Source: Candidatus Latescibacterota bacterium
GTDB taxonomy: Bacteria; Latescibacterota; UBA2968; GCA-2709665
Length of the DNA stretch: 64,000 bases
Direction: 5' to 3'
NCBI GenBank assembly: GCA_965248435.1
Contig: OZ252100.1
Location: 3,040,001 to 3,104,000, forward strand
Shown here: in pieces, positions 46,696 to 57,642 of the stretch
Layout of the letters: each line of letters begins with the position of its first letter
Position numbering within the stretch: the stretch's first letter is position 1
Program-made: the position numbers and the translations under genes
The notes under the pieces: model-generated
The model's database searches: none
The model's input: only the letters and a program-made list of their open reading frames with translations
Told to the model about the DNA's origin: nothing

Positions 46696-48618
46696 ATGGC
46701 GCAGGCGGTATCAGAAGTTTACCGAGCAGACAAGATTCAGGTGTTGAAGGGTCTGGAAGCAGTACGGAAACGACCGGCGATGTACATCGCAAACACCGGG
46801 ACGCAGGGGCTTCACCAGTTGGTCTGGGAACTGGTCAGCAACAGTGTGGATGAGGCCATGGAGGGGTTCTGCGACTGCATGGACGTCACCATTAACGCTG
46901 ACGGAACCCTGACCGTTGAGGACAACGGGCGTGGCATCCCGGTGGACACTCACCCCACGGAAAAGCGGCCTGCCCTGGAAGTCGTGATGACCCTCTTGCA
47001 CGCTGGGGGAAAGTTCGACAAGAAGACTTATGCGGTCTCAGGAGGTTTGCACGGTGTCGGGGTGTCGGTGGTCAACGCCCTCTCCGAGTGGTGCGAGGTT
47101 GAGGTCTGCTCGAAGCTTCTCGACCAGCGGGGCAAAGTCTACTTTCAGCGTTACGAGAGGGGTGTTCCGGTCTGTGAGATGAAGGAGACTGGGAGTCGCG
47201 AAAAGACAGGTACAAAAGTCACTTTTCTGCCGGACAAGGAAATCTTTGAAAGCACCGACTTCCAACTGGAGACGGTCGTCAACCGGTTGCGGGAGCTGGC
47301 ATTCCTGAACAAGGACCTGAGAATCACCGCGAAAGACCTGCGCGTCGGGCATGAGGAGGTGTTCCACTACGAGGGCGGGCTGAGGGCCTTTGTGGAGTAC
47401 CTGGACGAAGGCAGAACGCCTTTGCACACGCCCGCCTATCTCATAGGGGAACGAGACGGCATTGGAGTCGAGGTGGCGCTTCAGTACAACGATTCCTACT
47501 CGGAGAACATCTACAGCTTTGTGAATAACGTTTACACGATGGAGGGAGGGACGCACGAGACGGGGTTCAGAACTGCGCTCACGCACACCCTGAATGGGTA
47601 TGGTGTAAAATACAATATGTTCAAGAATACGAACTTCAATCTGTCAGGAGAGGACGCGCGCGAGGGGCTGACCGCCGTTCTGAGTGTGAAGGTGCCGGAG
47701 CCCCAGTTCGAGGGGCAGACAAAGACAAAGCTGGGCAATAGTGAGGTTAAGGGAATCGTTCAGTCGCTCGTGGGTGAGAAGCTTTCCGAATACATTGAGG
47801 AAAATCCATCTGTCGTAAAGAAGATTCTTCGAAAGGCCGTTGAGGCCGCACACGCTCGAGAGGCCGCTCGAAAGGCGCGCGAGCTGGTAAGGCGAAAGAG
47901 CGTTCTGGAAGGCGGCGGTCTGCCCGGGAAATTGCTGGACTGTTCGCTGTCCGATCGGGAGGAGACGGAGATCTTCCTGGTAGAGGGGGACTCGGCGGGC
48001 GGGTCGGCGGCAATGGGGCGGGATCGGAGGTTTCAGGCCATTCTTCCACTTTGGGGAAAGCCTTTGAACGTGGAGAAGGCGCGGGTAGACAAGGTGCTGA
48101 ACAACGATAAGCTTCAGCCGATGATGTTGGCGCTGGGTGCGGGAGTTGGCGAGGATTATAACCTTGAAAAACTACGGTATGGAAAGGTTATCGTCATGGC
48201 CGATGCAGATGTGGATGGTTCACACATCCGAACCCTGCTCTTAACCTTCTTCTTCCGGTATATGCGTCCGATGGTCAGCGCCGGCAGAGTCTACATCGCG
48301 CGGCCGCCGCTGTTCATGGTCAAGCAAGGTCGCAAAGAGCAGTACGCGTTTGACGAAGAGGAGCGGGACAGCATCGTCGAGTCGCTTGATAAGAAGGGCA
48401 AGGGGATTTCGGTTCAGCGTTACAAAGGGCTTGGAGAGATGAACCCGGAGCAGCTCTGGGAAACGACGATGGATCCCGATAGGCGAACGATCCTCCAGGT
48501 GACGCAAGAAGACGTCGTGGAGGCGGAACACGTATTTTCGATGTTGATGGGAGACGACGTCGGCCCGCGCAGGCGATTTATCGAAGAACACGCGTTGGAG
48601 GCAGAGTTGGATGTTTAG
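46696..48618 (+). CDS. gyrB: DNA gyrase subunit B
   Basis: VRKRPAMYI, SGGLHGVG, VEGDSAGG, DADVDG, RYKGLGEMN. Confidence 0.98.
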   Translation: MAQAVSEVYRADKIQVLKGLEAVRKRPAMYIANTGTQGLHQLVWELVSNSVDEAMEGFCDCMDVTINADGTLTVEDNGRGIPVDTHPTEKRPALEVVMTLLHAGGKFDKKTYAVSGGLHGVGVSVVNALSEWCEVEVCSKLLDQRGKVYFQRYERGVPVCEMKETGSREKTGTKVTFLPDKEIFESTDFQLETVVNRLRELAFLNKDLRITAKDLRVGHEEVFHYEGGLRAFVEYLDEGRTPLHTPAYLIGERDGIGVEVALQYNDSYSENIYSFVNNVYTMEGGTHETGFRTALTHTLNGYGVKYNMFKNTNFNLSGEDAREGLTAVLSVKVPEPQFEGQTKTKLGNSEVKGIVQSLVGEKLSEYIEENPSVVKKILRKAVEAAHAREAARKARELVRRKSVLEGGGLPGKLLDCSLSDREETEIFLVEGDSAGGSAAMGRDRRFQAILPLWGKPLNVEKARVDKVLNNDKLQPMMLALGAGVGEDYNLEKLRYGKVIVMADADVDGSHIRTLLLTFFFRYMRPMVSAGRVYIARPPLFMVKQGRKEQYAFDEEERDSIVESLDKKGKGISVQRYKGLGEMNPEQLWETTMDPDRRTILQVTQEDVVEAEHVFSMLMGDDVGPRRRFIEEHALEAELDV

Positions 48619-48660
48619 GCGCCACGCTTTGACACTGGTGATGGTTGAGGGGACCGATCG

Positions 48661-51180
48661 ATGATGCAGAGACAGCCCATTGTCCCGATCGACATCGGGG
48701 AGGAGATGAAGAAGTCCTACCTGGCTTACTCCATGAGTACGCTGGTAGATCGCGCACTGCCGGATGCACGAGATGGGCTGAAGCCATCTCAAAGACGGAT
48801 CCTCGTGGCCATGAACGACCTGGGCCTGACGCCGGGTCGACAACACAGAAAGTGCGCGAACATTGCCGGGCACACCTCTGGAAACTATCATCCCCACGGC
48901 GAAATGATTGTCTATCCAACCCTTGTGAATCTTGCCCAGGACTTCAAGATGCGCTACCCGCTCGTCGACGGTCAGGGCAACTTCGGGTCGATTGACGGTT
49001 ATCCGCCTGCAGCGATGCGCTACACCGAGGCGCGGATGGCCGGGCCTGGTTTCGAGATGCTGACGGATATCGATAAAGAGACCGTCAACTTCAAGCCGAA
49101 CTACGACGAGCGGATCGAGGAGCCTTCCGTGCTCCCTGCGCGCTTCCCCAACCTCCTTTGCAACGGGGCCGTCGGAATCGCGGTGAGTATGGCGACGGCC
49201 ATTCCCCCACACAACCTTGGCGAGGTCGTGGAAGCACTGGTCGCCTTGATCGACGATCCGGACCTGGGTATTGATGGTTTGATGGAGTATGTCAAATCTC
49301 CTGATTTTCCGACCGGGGGCATCATCTACGGGATCAGCGGTGTCAAAGAGGCCTACAAGACCGGCAGGGGGCATATCCACATTCGCGCCCGGGCGCATCT
49401 GGAGACGCTGAAGAACGGCCGCGAGAATATCGTGGTTACGGAAATCCCTTACATGGTCGCCAAATCTAACCTGCTGGAGAAGATGGCTGACTTGGTGCGG
49501 GATAAGAGGATCGCCGGAATCGGGAATATCCGGGACGAATCGGACCGCGAAGGAATGAGAATTGTCGTGGAGGTGAAGCGGGATGGGAATGGCGAGGTGA
49601 TTCTGAACCAGCTTTACAGGTTTACCCAGCTGGAAGCCACCTTCGCGGCCAACCTGATCGCCCTGGTCGGTGGCCAGCCCAAACGCCTGAACCTCAAGGA
49701 ACTTCTAGAGTGCTTCATCGACCACCGCCACGAGGTGGTCGTCCGACGCATGCAGTATGAACTTCGGGTGGCCGAGGACCGGGCCCACATCCTCGAGGGA
49801 TTGAAGGCGGCTCTGGAAGACATCGATCTGGTCATCAAGATCATTAGAGGGTCTGAAGATCCAGGGGAGGCACGGACGGCGTTGATGGAGAGGCTGGAGC
49901 TATCGGAGCGGCAGGCACAGGCCATTCTCTCGATGACGCTGCAACGGCTGACGAACCTGGAGCAGAGAAAGGTCGAGGAAGAGTATGAGGCGCTGATCCA
50001 GGAAATCGAGCGGCTGCGTTCTATCCTGGAAAGCCGTCCAAAGCGAATGGAAATCATCAAGTCCGAACTCAGGGAGATTGCTGAAAAGTTCGAAGATGAC
50101 CGAAGAAGCGAGATCGTGCTCTCGGGTTCTGAGTTTGACGTCGAGGACCTGATCGTCGAAGAGGACATGGTGATTACGGTCTCGCACGCCGGATACATCA
50201 AGCGGATTCCGGTTGTGACATATCGACAGCAGCATCGGGGGGGACGAGGGGTGACGGGGATGAGTACGAAAGATGAAGACTTTGTCGAACATCTATTCAT
50301 CGCCTCCACCCATCACTTCATCCTGTTTATGACGGACCGGGGTCGTTGCCACTGGCTGAAGGTACACGAAATTCCTCAGGGGACGAGGACCTCGCGGGGC
50401 AGACCTGCCGTTAACCTGATCGATATCGGCTCTGGTCACAAGATTTCAGCGATCGTTCCCGTCAAGGAGTTTGATAAAGACCACTTCCTGATGCTGGTGA
50501 CGCGGAAGGGGTTAGTGAAGAAGACCGCGCTGTCCGCATACAGCCGGCCACGACGGGGTGGGATCATCGCGATGCACGTTCTGGAAGAGGATCAGCTGAT
50601 CGGGGCTGCCCTCACGGATGGGAAGCGGGAAGTGATCATGGGTACGCAGAAGGGTCTGGCCATTCGCTTCTCGGAAGGGGACGTGAGGGATACCGGCCGT
50701 GGCTCTCAAGGTGTGAGGGGGATTTCCCTGGGAAGTGAGGACTCCGTCATCGGGACGGTCGTCTCAGGGGAGGGAGAGGGGAGTTTACTCACGGTGTGTG
50801 CAAACGGCTATGGAAAGCGAACGCATGTTTCGGATTATCGCCACACGCGTCGCGGGGGTAAGGGTGTGATCAACATCAAGACGACGGAGCGGAACGGAGA
50901 CGTCGTGTCGATCATTCAGGTTGTGGATGACGACGAACTGATGATCATCTCTCAGGGCGGTATCCTGATTCGACAGCCGATACGGGACATTAGCTCGATC
51001 GGCCGCAACACCCAGGGGGTGAAGCTGATCAACTTGGAAGCGGGCGACAGGGTCTTCGGGGTTGCCCGGATTGTGAGGGGGAACGGGGGTGCCGCGCCGG
51101 AAGGCGGGACTGACCGTGAAGGGGAGGATGGAGGGGGCCTTTCGGACTCTGATGGGAACGGAAGAGAGGGGACTCGATAG
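48661..51180 (+). CDS. gyrA: DNA gyrase subunit A
   Basis: [24 protein letters not shown], GyrA-box QHRGGRG. Confidence 0.98.
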   Translation: MMQRQPIVPIDIGEEMKKSYLAYSMSTLVDRALPDARDGLKPSQRRILVAMNDLGLTPGRQHRKCANIAGHTSGNYHPHGEMIVYPTLVNLAQDFKMRYPLVDGQGNFGSIDGYPPAAMRYTEARMAGPGFEMLTDIDKETVNFKPNYDERIEEPSVLPARFPNLLCNGAVGIAVSMATAIPPHNLGEVVEALVALIDDPDLGIDGLMEYVKSPDFPTGGIIYGISGVKEAYKTGRGHIHIRARAHLETLKNGRENIVVTEIPYMVAKSNLLEKMADLVRDKRIAGIGNIRDESDREGMRIVVEVKRDGNGEVILNQLYRFTQLEATFAANLIALVGGQPKRLNLKELLECFIDHRHEVVVRRMQYELRVAEDRAHILEGLKAALEDIDLVIKIIRGSEDPGEARTALMERLELSERQAQAILSMTLQRLTNLEQRKVEEEYEALIQEIERLRSILESRPKRMEIIKSELREIAEKFEDDRRSEIVLSGSEFDVEDLIVEEDMVITVSHAGYIKRIPVVTYRQQHRGGRGVTGMSTKDEDFVEHLFIASTHHFILFMTDRGRCHWLKVHEIPQGTRTSRGRPAVNLIDIGSGHKISAIVPVKEFDKDHFLMLVTRKGLVKKTALSAYSRPRRGGIIAMHVLEEDQLIGAALTDGKREVIMGTQKGLAIRFSEGDVRDTGRGSQGVRGISLGSEDSVIGTVVSGEGEGSLLTVCANGYGKRTHVSDYRHTRRGGKGVINIKTTERNGDVVSIIQVVDDDELMIISQGGILIRQPIRDISSIGRNTQGVKLINLEAGDRVFGVARIVRGNGGAAPEGGTDREGEDGGGLSDSDGNGREGTR

Positions 51181-51321
51181 GGTTATGCTGGAGGCCTGCT
51201 CGATTGGGCGGGTCGTGGCGGTCAGTCTTTCGACAACTGTGGATAACGCCCGAAATGTCTGATTCAGAGGAAGTTCGGGCCCCCGGGCAGCCTATTTGGC
51301 ATAAGGGTTGCTCTAATTGTT

Positions 51322-52059
51322 TTGAACAGTCTCCCTTGGCAGGCGCTTCTGGCCTTGTCAGAAGGGATACACCGGCTTCAACTCGATTTGAGGATAAGGG
51401 CTTTGTTCAGCGATCGACGGAAATTCCCCCTGTTCTGCGTCCTGCTTGGGATCGCTCCGCTGCCCCTATTGCTCTCTTGTGAAGAGCCGAGTCTGGAGGG
51501 AGCGGAGAAGGTAACGGCGAAGAGCGAGGTCAGCCGTGCATCCGCGCCCGAACTGAGTCTGAAGTGTCTGGACGGAGAGACGATCCGCCTCTCGGACTAC
51601 CGTGGGAAGGTTCTGGTCGTCAACTTTTGGGCCACCTGGTGTCCCCCTTGCATTGCTGAAATTCCTCACTTCGTGGACCTCTACCGAGATTACAAGGACA
51701 AAGGCGTGCAAGTGGTCGGTGTCTCGATGGACTTTGAAGCTGACCCGGACTACATACAGGAGTTCTGCCGAGAGGCGGGCATGGACTACCCGATCGCGAA
51801 GGTAAAGGACTACTCGGAAGTTCAGAAGATCAATCGGATCTGGTCTGCCGTAGAGGGGATTCCTACGGTGGACGGGGTAGGGGAGGGGGAACCCCAAATG
51901 GGCGATGGGAGTGTGATGATGATGCCTACGACGTTTATCATCGATCAGGATGGATACATCTTCAGAAAACATATAGGGCCACGGGAAAGGAAAGACCTGG
52001 AGCCGGAGTTCCTGATGCTTTTGAAACGGGGAACGGAAGAAGCGGCTCCCAGGTCGTAG
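51322..52059 (+). CDS. TlpA-family thiol-disulfide oxidoreductase, probable lipoprotein (true start probably downstream)
   Basis: LSDYRGKVLVVNFWATWCPPC, PTTFIID; LLLSC lipobox. Confidence 0.9.
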   Translation: MNSLPWQALLALSEGIHRLQLDLRIRALFSDRRKFPLFCVLLGIAPLPLLLSCEEPSLEGAEKVTAKSEVSRASAPELSLKCLDGETIRLSDYRGKVLVVNFWATWCPPCIAEIPHFVDLYRDYKDKGVQVVGVSMDFEADPDYIQEFCREAGMDYPIAKVKDYSEVQKINRIWSAVEGIPTVDGVGEGEPQMGDGSVMMMPTTFIIDQDGYIFRKHIGPRERKDLEPEFLMLLKRGTEEAAPRS

Positions 52060-52084
52060 GCTCAGGTTTCCTGGTCGAAGCAGA

Positions 52085-52117
52085 AAAGGCACCGGCGCAG
52101 AAACCCGGGGCCTTTTT
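52085..52117. terminator. Bidirectional terminator-like hairpin
   Basis: aaaaggcaccgg..ccggggcctttt between convergent genes. Confidence 0.6.
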
Positions 52118-52157
52118 ATAATTTGGTCACTCGCTGTTCTTCCGTTAGATGGTGACG

Positions 52158-52433
52158 TTATCCTCCCTCGAGGTCTTTGAGTTCCTTATCCAGTTTCGGG
52201 ATGCGTTTTTCCAGCCGATCCTTCCGTCTGGTGACATTCCTTTCCTTTCCCTGCGCGATGATCTTTTCGTTCGTAACCGTCTTCAGGTGGCTGCGGAGGG
52301 TGCGCACTTCAGATTCGACGGAGGCCAGCCGTTCCCGGACGCGCACGACGCGGATCGTCGTCAAGTATTTAACGAGTACGCTGGCCAGCATCGCGACGAC
52401 GAGTACGAGACCTGTAACCAGCTCAACACTCAT
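52158..52433 (-). CDS. Small membrane-anchored coiled-coil protein
   Basis: N-terminal TM, heptad-like basic tail, RBS GGAG right after the hom stop. Confidence 0.65.
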   Translation of the reverse strand: MSVELVTGLVLVVAMLASVLVKYLTTIRVVRVRERLASVESEVRTLRSHLKTVTNEKIIAQGKERNVTRRKDRLEKRIPKLDKELKDLEGG

Positions 52434-52444
52434 TGAAGGCGCTC

Positions 52445-53752
52445 CTAAGGCTGAACGATGCGAATGACCTGCGGGTCTTCGGTGACGACGGGCAGGTTCC
52501 CTATCTCCTGCATGGACTTACGCATCCCGGCCTCTTTGGCTTCGTGCGTGGTCATGATGAGTGGGACGGTTCCTTCCTCGGTTTCAGAGCGTCCTTGCTG
52601 AATAACCGTTGCGATACTGATCCCGTGATCGGAAAAGATTCTGGATATCTGGGCCAGGACCCCGGGCCTGTCGTGGACAGTAAACCGACAGTAAAAGCTG
52701 ATTTCGAGGTCTTGAGGAGGCACGACACGTGCTGCCGGAAGGTCGGCCAGTGTGGGACGCTGAACGCCCCTGCCTGACAAGCTGTGCTTAGCAACGTCCA
52801 GGATATCTGCGACGACGGCGCTCGCCGTCGGAAGCTGCCCGGCGCCTCGGCCGTGGAAAACCTGGGGCCCGACCGCGTCTCCGACGACCTCCACGGCATT
52901 GAATTCATCCTTGATATTGGCGAGGAGTGCAGAAGCCGGCAGGAGGGCTGGGTGAACTCTGGCTTCGATGCGCCGCTCTGACGCTTTTGCGACCGCGAGA
53001 AGCTTGATCGTGTAGCCGAGCTCCCTGGCGAATTCGAGATCCAAGGGTGTGATGTGCGATATCCCCTCTTTGAGGATCTGTTCCGGTGAGAGGCTGACGC
53101 GAAAAGCGATCCGGCAAAGCAAAGCGAGCTTTTGAGCAGCGTCGCTTCCGTCTATGTCGAGTGTGGGATCGGCTTCCGCATAGCCCTCTTTCTGGGCGGC
53201 CACGAGCATCTCATCGAAGCTGCGTCCCTGGTCGGTCATGCGAGTCAGTATGTAGTTCGACGTACCGTTCAGAATGCCAAAGATCGACTCCACGCGGTTC
53301 GCGGCTAAGCCGTCCAAAAGACTGCGGATAATGGGGATGCCTCCGCATACGCTGGCCTCGAACGCCAGTTCAACGCCATTTCGGTCAGCGGCCTCGAAGA
53401 GGTCGTCCCCCCGTTCTGCAAGGAGGGCCTTGTTGGCGGTGACCACGTCTTTACCTGCCTCGAGGGCCTGAAGACACAGCGTGTGAGCGAGCTCCGTCCC
53501 ACCCATCAATTCGACAACGATCTGAACGTTCGGATCGCTTACGACCTCTTCCGGGCTGTTGGTCAAAGCCTCCCGTGGCAACTCCACCGACCGGGGCTTT
53601 GTTCGATCCCTGACTGCGACGCGCTGGATTTTCAGGTCCAGACCGCGGACATCGCGGAAGTCGTCGGTTCGACGCTGAAGGATACTCACAACACCGCTGC
53701 CGACGACGCCAAGGCCGATAATCCCGATTCCGACTGTCTCCGAACGTCCCAT
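52445..53752 (-). CDS. hom: Homoserine dehydrogenase with ACT domain
   Basis: GLGVVGSG, VVTANKA, EASVCGGIP, NGTSNYIL, GYAEADP, DRPGVLA. Confidence 0.96.
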   Translation of the reverse strand: MGRSETVGIGIIGLGVVGSGVVSILQRRTDDFRDVRGLDLKIQRVAVRDRTKPRSVELPREALTNSPEEVVSDPNVQIVVELMGGTELAHTLCLQALEAGKDVVTANKALLAERGDDLFEAADRNGVELAFEASVCGGIPIIRSLLDGLAANRVESIFGILNGTSNYILTRMTDQGRSFDEMLVAAQKEGYAEADPTLDIDGSDAAQKLALLCRIAFRVSLSPEQILKEGISHITPLDLEFARELGYTIKLLAVAKASERRIEARVHPALLPASALLANIKDEFNAVEVVGDAVGPQVFHGRGAGQLPTASAVVADILDVAKHSLSGRGVQRPTLADLPAARVVPPQDLEISFYCRFTVHDRPGVLAQISRIFSDHGISIATVIQQGRSETEEGTVPLIMTTHEAKEAGMRKSMQEIGNLPVVTEDPQVIRIVQP

Positions 53753-53871
53753 TTCAAATTTCCGTGGTTTGGGCGCTGCAGGATTTCGAATATACGACAA
53801 TGGGCGAACAGGGGCAATGGCAAGCGTCTTTGATTGCCCCGCTTGATTCGTTTCGGTAGTTGCGAAAAATC

Positions 53872-53901
53872 TTGACAGCATACAGCGCGGTTTGTTAAGT
53901 T
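53872..53901 (+). promoter_or_regulatory. sigma70-like tRNA promoter
   Basis: TTGACA-N18-TAAGTT. Confidence 0.5.
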
Positions 53902-53965
53902 TAGCCCTTCATTGCCTGTGGCACCTCTTGAGATTACCCAAAGAGGGGTTATGCCTGAAGGGTGT

Positions 53966-54043
53966 GGGGTAGTAGCTCAGTCGGTTCAGAGTGCCGGCCT
54001 GTCACGCCGGAGGTCGCGGGTTCGAGTCCCGTCTGCCCCGCCA
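53966..54043 (+). tRNA. tRNA-Asp(GTC)
   Basis: GGGGTAG/CTGCCCC acceptor stem, ccggc-ctGTCac-gccgg anticodon arm, GGTTCGAGTCC, encoded CCA. Confidence 0.97.
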
Positions 54044-54068
54044 GCTTTCATTCGATCCATTCAGTCCT

Positions 54069-54103
54069 CTCGACGTCTGAGGTTGCAGACGTCGAGTTTT
54101 TTT
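54069..54103 (+). terminator. Intrinsic terminator after tRNA
   Basis: ctcgacgtctg-aggttg-cagacgtcgag plus T7. Confidence 0.8.
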
Positions 54104-54149
54104 GTGGTTGGCGCAAGAACCCGACCGCTCACCCGCGAAGAAGGAAATC

Positions 54150-57100
54150 GTGTCCGTTCAACGACTATATAACCGGATGAAACATTCCGGACCGTTTCTG
54201 GAGCTCGCTTCACGGCTTGAGTCGGGTGTGCAGGAGATTTCGATCCGAGGGGCATCCGGATCGCTCTCGGCATTCGCGGCCACTTGTGTGGAGGAGGCCG
54301 TATCGGGACCCGCCCTGCTCGTCTGTTCGGATGACGACAAGGCCGACGCGCTGCGAGATGATTTGGAGCGAATTCTGGGGTCCGAACGCGTTGGGTTCTT
54401 TCCTGCCTGGGGTGTATCACCCTATGACGGGCGATCTCCTCACCTGGACGTGATGGGGCTCCGGATCGAGGCACTGGAGCAGGCCCGGGAGGGTAGGGAC
54501 GGCATCATCGTCGCGCCGGTCGGGGCGCTGACAGGGCATACGATCCCTCCGGAGGTTTTCGATCGAGCGGTTCAATCCGTTAAGGTCGGAAAAGAGACTT
54601 CGCTGGAACGTCTCACTGCGCATCTCGTTGAAATCGGCTACGAGCGGGTGCCGATGGTGGATAGCGTGGGTCAATTCAGCGTCCGTGGGGGCATCCTGGA
54701 CGTCTGTTCGTTCGGTCATTCTCACCCACTGCGCGTGGAGTTTTTTGGAGACGAGGTCACTTCCATCCGACGGTTCGACCTGACCTCGCAGAGATCCGTG
54801 GAAGAGATCCAGTCGTGTCGGATGCTGCCGTGTAGGGAGGCTGTTCTTGGCGACACCCTTGCAGAGCGCATGGAGACAAACCTGGGTCTTGCCGAGGAGC
54901 GGTTCGGTGTCGAATTTCCGATCCTGCGGGAGACACTGGAACACCAGGGGTTGTTCGACGGCCTCGAGCACTATATCGGGATCCTCTATGGGGAAGAGAC
55001 GAGCCTTCTAGATCACCTGCCCGAGGGCTGTGTCGTCGTTGTAGATGATCCAGAAGCCCTCCCTGCATCTGTGGAGGAGCTGTGGACCCAGATTGCCCGG
55101 ACCGCAGAACGGCAGGTGCCGCACCGTGGTCAACCTGAGCCTTTGCCTGCCGAAGGGGCGATGCGGAACCCGGACGTGGTTGTTAAAAGGCTCCAGGGGA
55201 TGCGGCGCGTTTTGATTCGGCCCGTGGGAGGAGGGGATGGAGATGTGATCGACTTTGCGGGTACAGGCGGGCGGCGCTATGAGGGCCACCTCCAGGTTCT
55301 TATGGAGGACATTGACCAGTTCTGGCGGAAGGATTACGAAATCGCGCTCCTTTGCGAAAGCCGTGGACAGCAGGCGCGCTTCGAGGAACTTCTGGAAGAG
55401 CGCGCAGGCTTGGTTTCGATCTACGTCGGGACGCTTCACGGCGGTTTCGCGTATGCCCCATCCCGCGTGCTTGTCCTGAACGACCACGAGATTTACAGCC
55501 GGAATCTGAGACGACGCCGGTACCGCCGTTTCCAGGACAGCACGCCGATAAAAACGCTTTCCGCCCTCCAAAGGAACGATTTTGTCGTTCACGTGGATTA
55601 TGGGATCGGCCGCTATGATGGGATCGAACACCTTACGGTTGACGGCGTCAGCCGGGACTGCCTGAAGGTCCACTATAGAGATGGCGACCGCGTGTTCGTC
55701 CCCGTGGAACAGATGGATCGCGTTCAGAAGTACACCAGCCAGGAAGGCGCTGTCCCCATCCTGAACAAACTCGGCACGGCCGCCTGGGAACGCCTGAAGG
55801 CGCGTACCAAGAAGGAAATCTTCAAAATGGCGGCAGAGCTGGTTTCCCTTTACGCTGAGCGGAAGGCGAGGCCGGGTATCGCCTTTTCCCAGGATACGTC
55901 GCTGCAAAAGGGCCTGGAGGCTTCATTCCCCTATCAAGAAACGCGGGATCAACTCCAGGCGATCGTGGATATGAAGGGAGATATGGAGCGGGCTACGCCG
56001 ATGGACAGGCTGATTTGCGGCGATGTGGGATACGGAAAGACGGAAGTCGCGATCCGCGCCTCTTTCAAGGCGGTGTCTGACGGGAAGCAGGTAGCCATCC
56101 TTGCGCCGACGACAATCCTCGCCCAGCAGCATTTCCGGACTTTTCAGGAGCGCATGCACGACCTGCCCGTAACGATCGATGTATTGAGTCGGTTTCGGAC
56201 GAAAGCGGAGCAGCAAAGGGTCGTGGATAGGCTGAATTCGGGTCACGTGGATGTGGCCATCGGCACGCACAGGCTACTCTCCAAGGATGTGACCTTTAAA
56301 GATCTCGGTCTCCTGGTGATCGACGAAGAGCATCGTTTCGGGGTTCGGCAGAAGGAGCGCCTGAAGCAGTTGAAACGACTCGTGGATGTCCTGACCTTGA
56401 CGGCGACCCCGATCCCAAGGACGCTTCACATGTCGCTGATGAAGGCAAGGGACATGTCGATCATTCAGACGCCGCCCAAAGACCGGCTGCCGATTCGCAC
56501 GGAAGTGCTGCCGTTCAGCGACGAACGGGTTGCTGAGGCCATCTTGAGGGAGGTGGACCGGGGAGGCCAGGTCTACTTCGTGCACAACCGGGTGCAGTCG
56601 ATGCCGGCAGTATTGAATTTCCTGGAGGAGCTGCTGCCACAGATCAGGTTCGGGGTGGGACACGGTCAGATGCCGGAACGACAACTCGAGAAAGTGATGG
56701 TCGACTTTCTGGAAGGGAAGTATGACTGCCTGGTTTCCACGATGATCATCGAGTCCGGCTTGGATATCCCGAGTGTGAACACGCTGATCGTGAACCGGGC
56801 GGATCGGCTCGGCCTCGCGCAGCTTTATCAGCTGCGAGGTCGTGTTGGTCGCTCCAACCGCCAGGCCTATTCCTATCTCCTGATTCCGTCGTGGAAGACG
56901 CTTTCGCGAACGGCCGTGAAGCGGCTGAGGGCGATCGAGGAGTTTTCAGACCTTGGATCCGGATTTCACATCTCGATGCGTGACTTGGAGATTCGGGGGA
57001 CAGGAAACCTCCTGGGCGTCCAACAGCACGGGCATATCGTTGCCATCGGGTTTGATTTGTACTGTCGCCTGCTGGACGAGGCGGTTCGGGAGATCAAGGG

Positions 57101-57557
57101 GGAGGAGATCGATCCCGCGATTGAACCCGATGTGCAGGTCTCCGTCTCTGCGTTCATCCCGGAGGATTTCGTGCCGGATCCAGACCAGAAGATGGAGTTC
57201 TACCAGCGCCTGGGTCAGGTTAAAAGGACGGTCGAAGTACTCGCAGTCGAGGAAGAGCTGGAGGACCGGTTCGGACCCCTCCCAGGTCCTGCCGCTGCCC
57301 TGCTGGACACGATTCAGGTCAAGATTCTGGCGAGGCAGCTCCGGTTGAGCGCGGTTCAGATCAGGGAGTCGCTGACGGTGACCTTTCCGCCGGAACGGAT
57401 GCTGAGTCGGGGGAATGTGGAGGAGATGGTGAGGCGCTCCCCTCTCCCGCTTCAGTTCTTCCTGGGGGACGAGGCGAGGATCGAGGTGATGCTCGAGGGG
57501 AAGGGGCAGCGCGAGTGCCTGGCCTCGGCGAAGAAGGTGCTGGAGAGCCTCGTCTAA
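54150..57557 (+). CDS. mfd: Transcription-repair coupling factor
   Basis: RGGILD, VVHVDYGIGRY, GDVGYGKTEVA, DEEHRFG, TATPIPRT, QLRGRVGR, TRCF tail. Confidence 0.98.
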   Translation: MSVQRLYNRMKHSGPFLELASRLESGVQEISIRGASGSLSAFAATCVEEAVSGPALLVCSDDDKADALRDDLERILGSERVGFFPAWGVSPYDGRSPHLDVMGLRIEALEQAREGRDGIIVAPVGALTGHTIPPEVFDRAVQSVKVGKETSLERLTAHLVEIGYERVPMVDSVGQFSVRGGILDVCSFGHSHPLRVEFFGDEVTSIRRFDLTSQRSVEEIQSCRMLPCREAVLGDTLAERMETNLGLAEERFGVEFPILRETLEHQGLFDGLEHYIGILYGEETSLLDHLPEGCVVVVDDPEALPASVEELWTQIARTAERQVPHRGQPEPLPAEGAMRNPDVVVKRLQGMRRVLIRPVGGGDGDVIDFAGTGGRRYEGHLQVLMEDIDQFWRKDYEIALLCESRGQQARFEELLEERAGLVSIYVGTLHGGFAYAPSRVLVLNDHEIYSRNLRRRRYRRFQDSTPIKTLSALQRNDFVVHVDYGIGRYDGIEHLTVDGVSRDCLKVHYRDGDRVFVPVEQMDRVQKYTSQEGAVPILNKLGTAAWERLKARTKKEIFKMAAELVSLYAERKARPGIAFSQDTSLQKGLEASFPYQETRDQLQAIVDMKGDMERATPMDRLICGDVGYGKTEVAIRASFKAVSDGKQVAILAPTTILAQQHFRTFQERMHDLPVTIDVLSRFRTKAEQQRVVDRLNSGHVDVAIGTHRLLSKDVTFKDLGLLVIDEEHRFGVRQKERLKQLKRLVDVLTLTATPIPRTLHMSLMKARDMSIIQTPPKDRLPIRTEVLPFSDERVAEAILREVDRGGQVYFVHNRVQSMPAVLNFLEELLPQIRFGVGHGQMPERQLEKVMVDFLEGKYDCLVSTMIIESGLDIPSVNTLIVNRADRLGLAQLYQLRGRVGRSNRQAYSYLLIPSWKTLSRTAVKRLRAIEEFSDLGSGFHISMRDLEIRGTGNLLGVQQHGHIVAIGFDLYCRLLDEAVREIKGEEIDPAIEPDVQVSVSAFIPEDFVPDPDQKMEFYQRLGQVKRTVEVLAVEEELEDRFGPLPGPAAALLDTIQVKILARQLRLSAVQIRESLTVTFPPERMLSRGNVEEMVRRSPLPLQFFLGDEARIEVMLEGKGQRECLASAKKVLESLV

Positions 57558-57642
57558 GGCTGTGTCCGGGACTTTCTTTGCTGGTGAAATGTTGTATATT
57601 GGCTGCTGTTAGACCGGGTTCCGGAGAGGGCAAAAACTACCG

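Noticed and set aside
53966-54150. tRNA-Asp as an island integration site
   Set aside because: Followed directly by a terminator and mfd; no integrase or duplicated tRNA 3' end seen.
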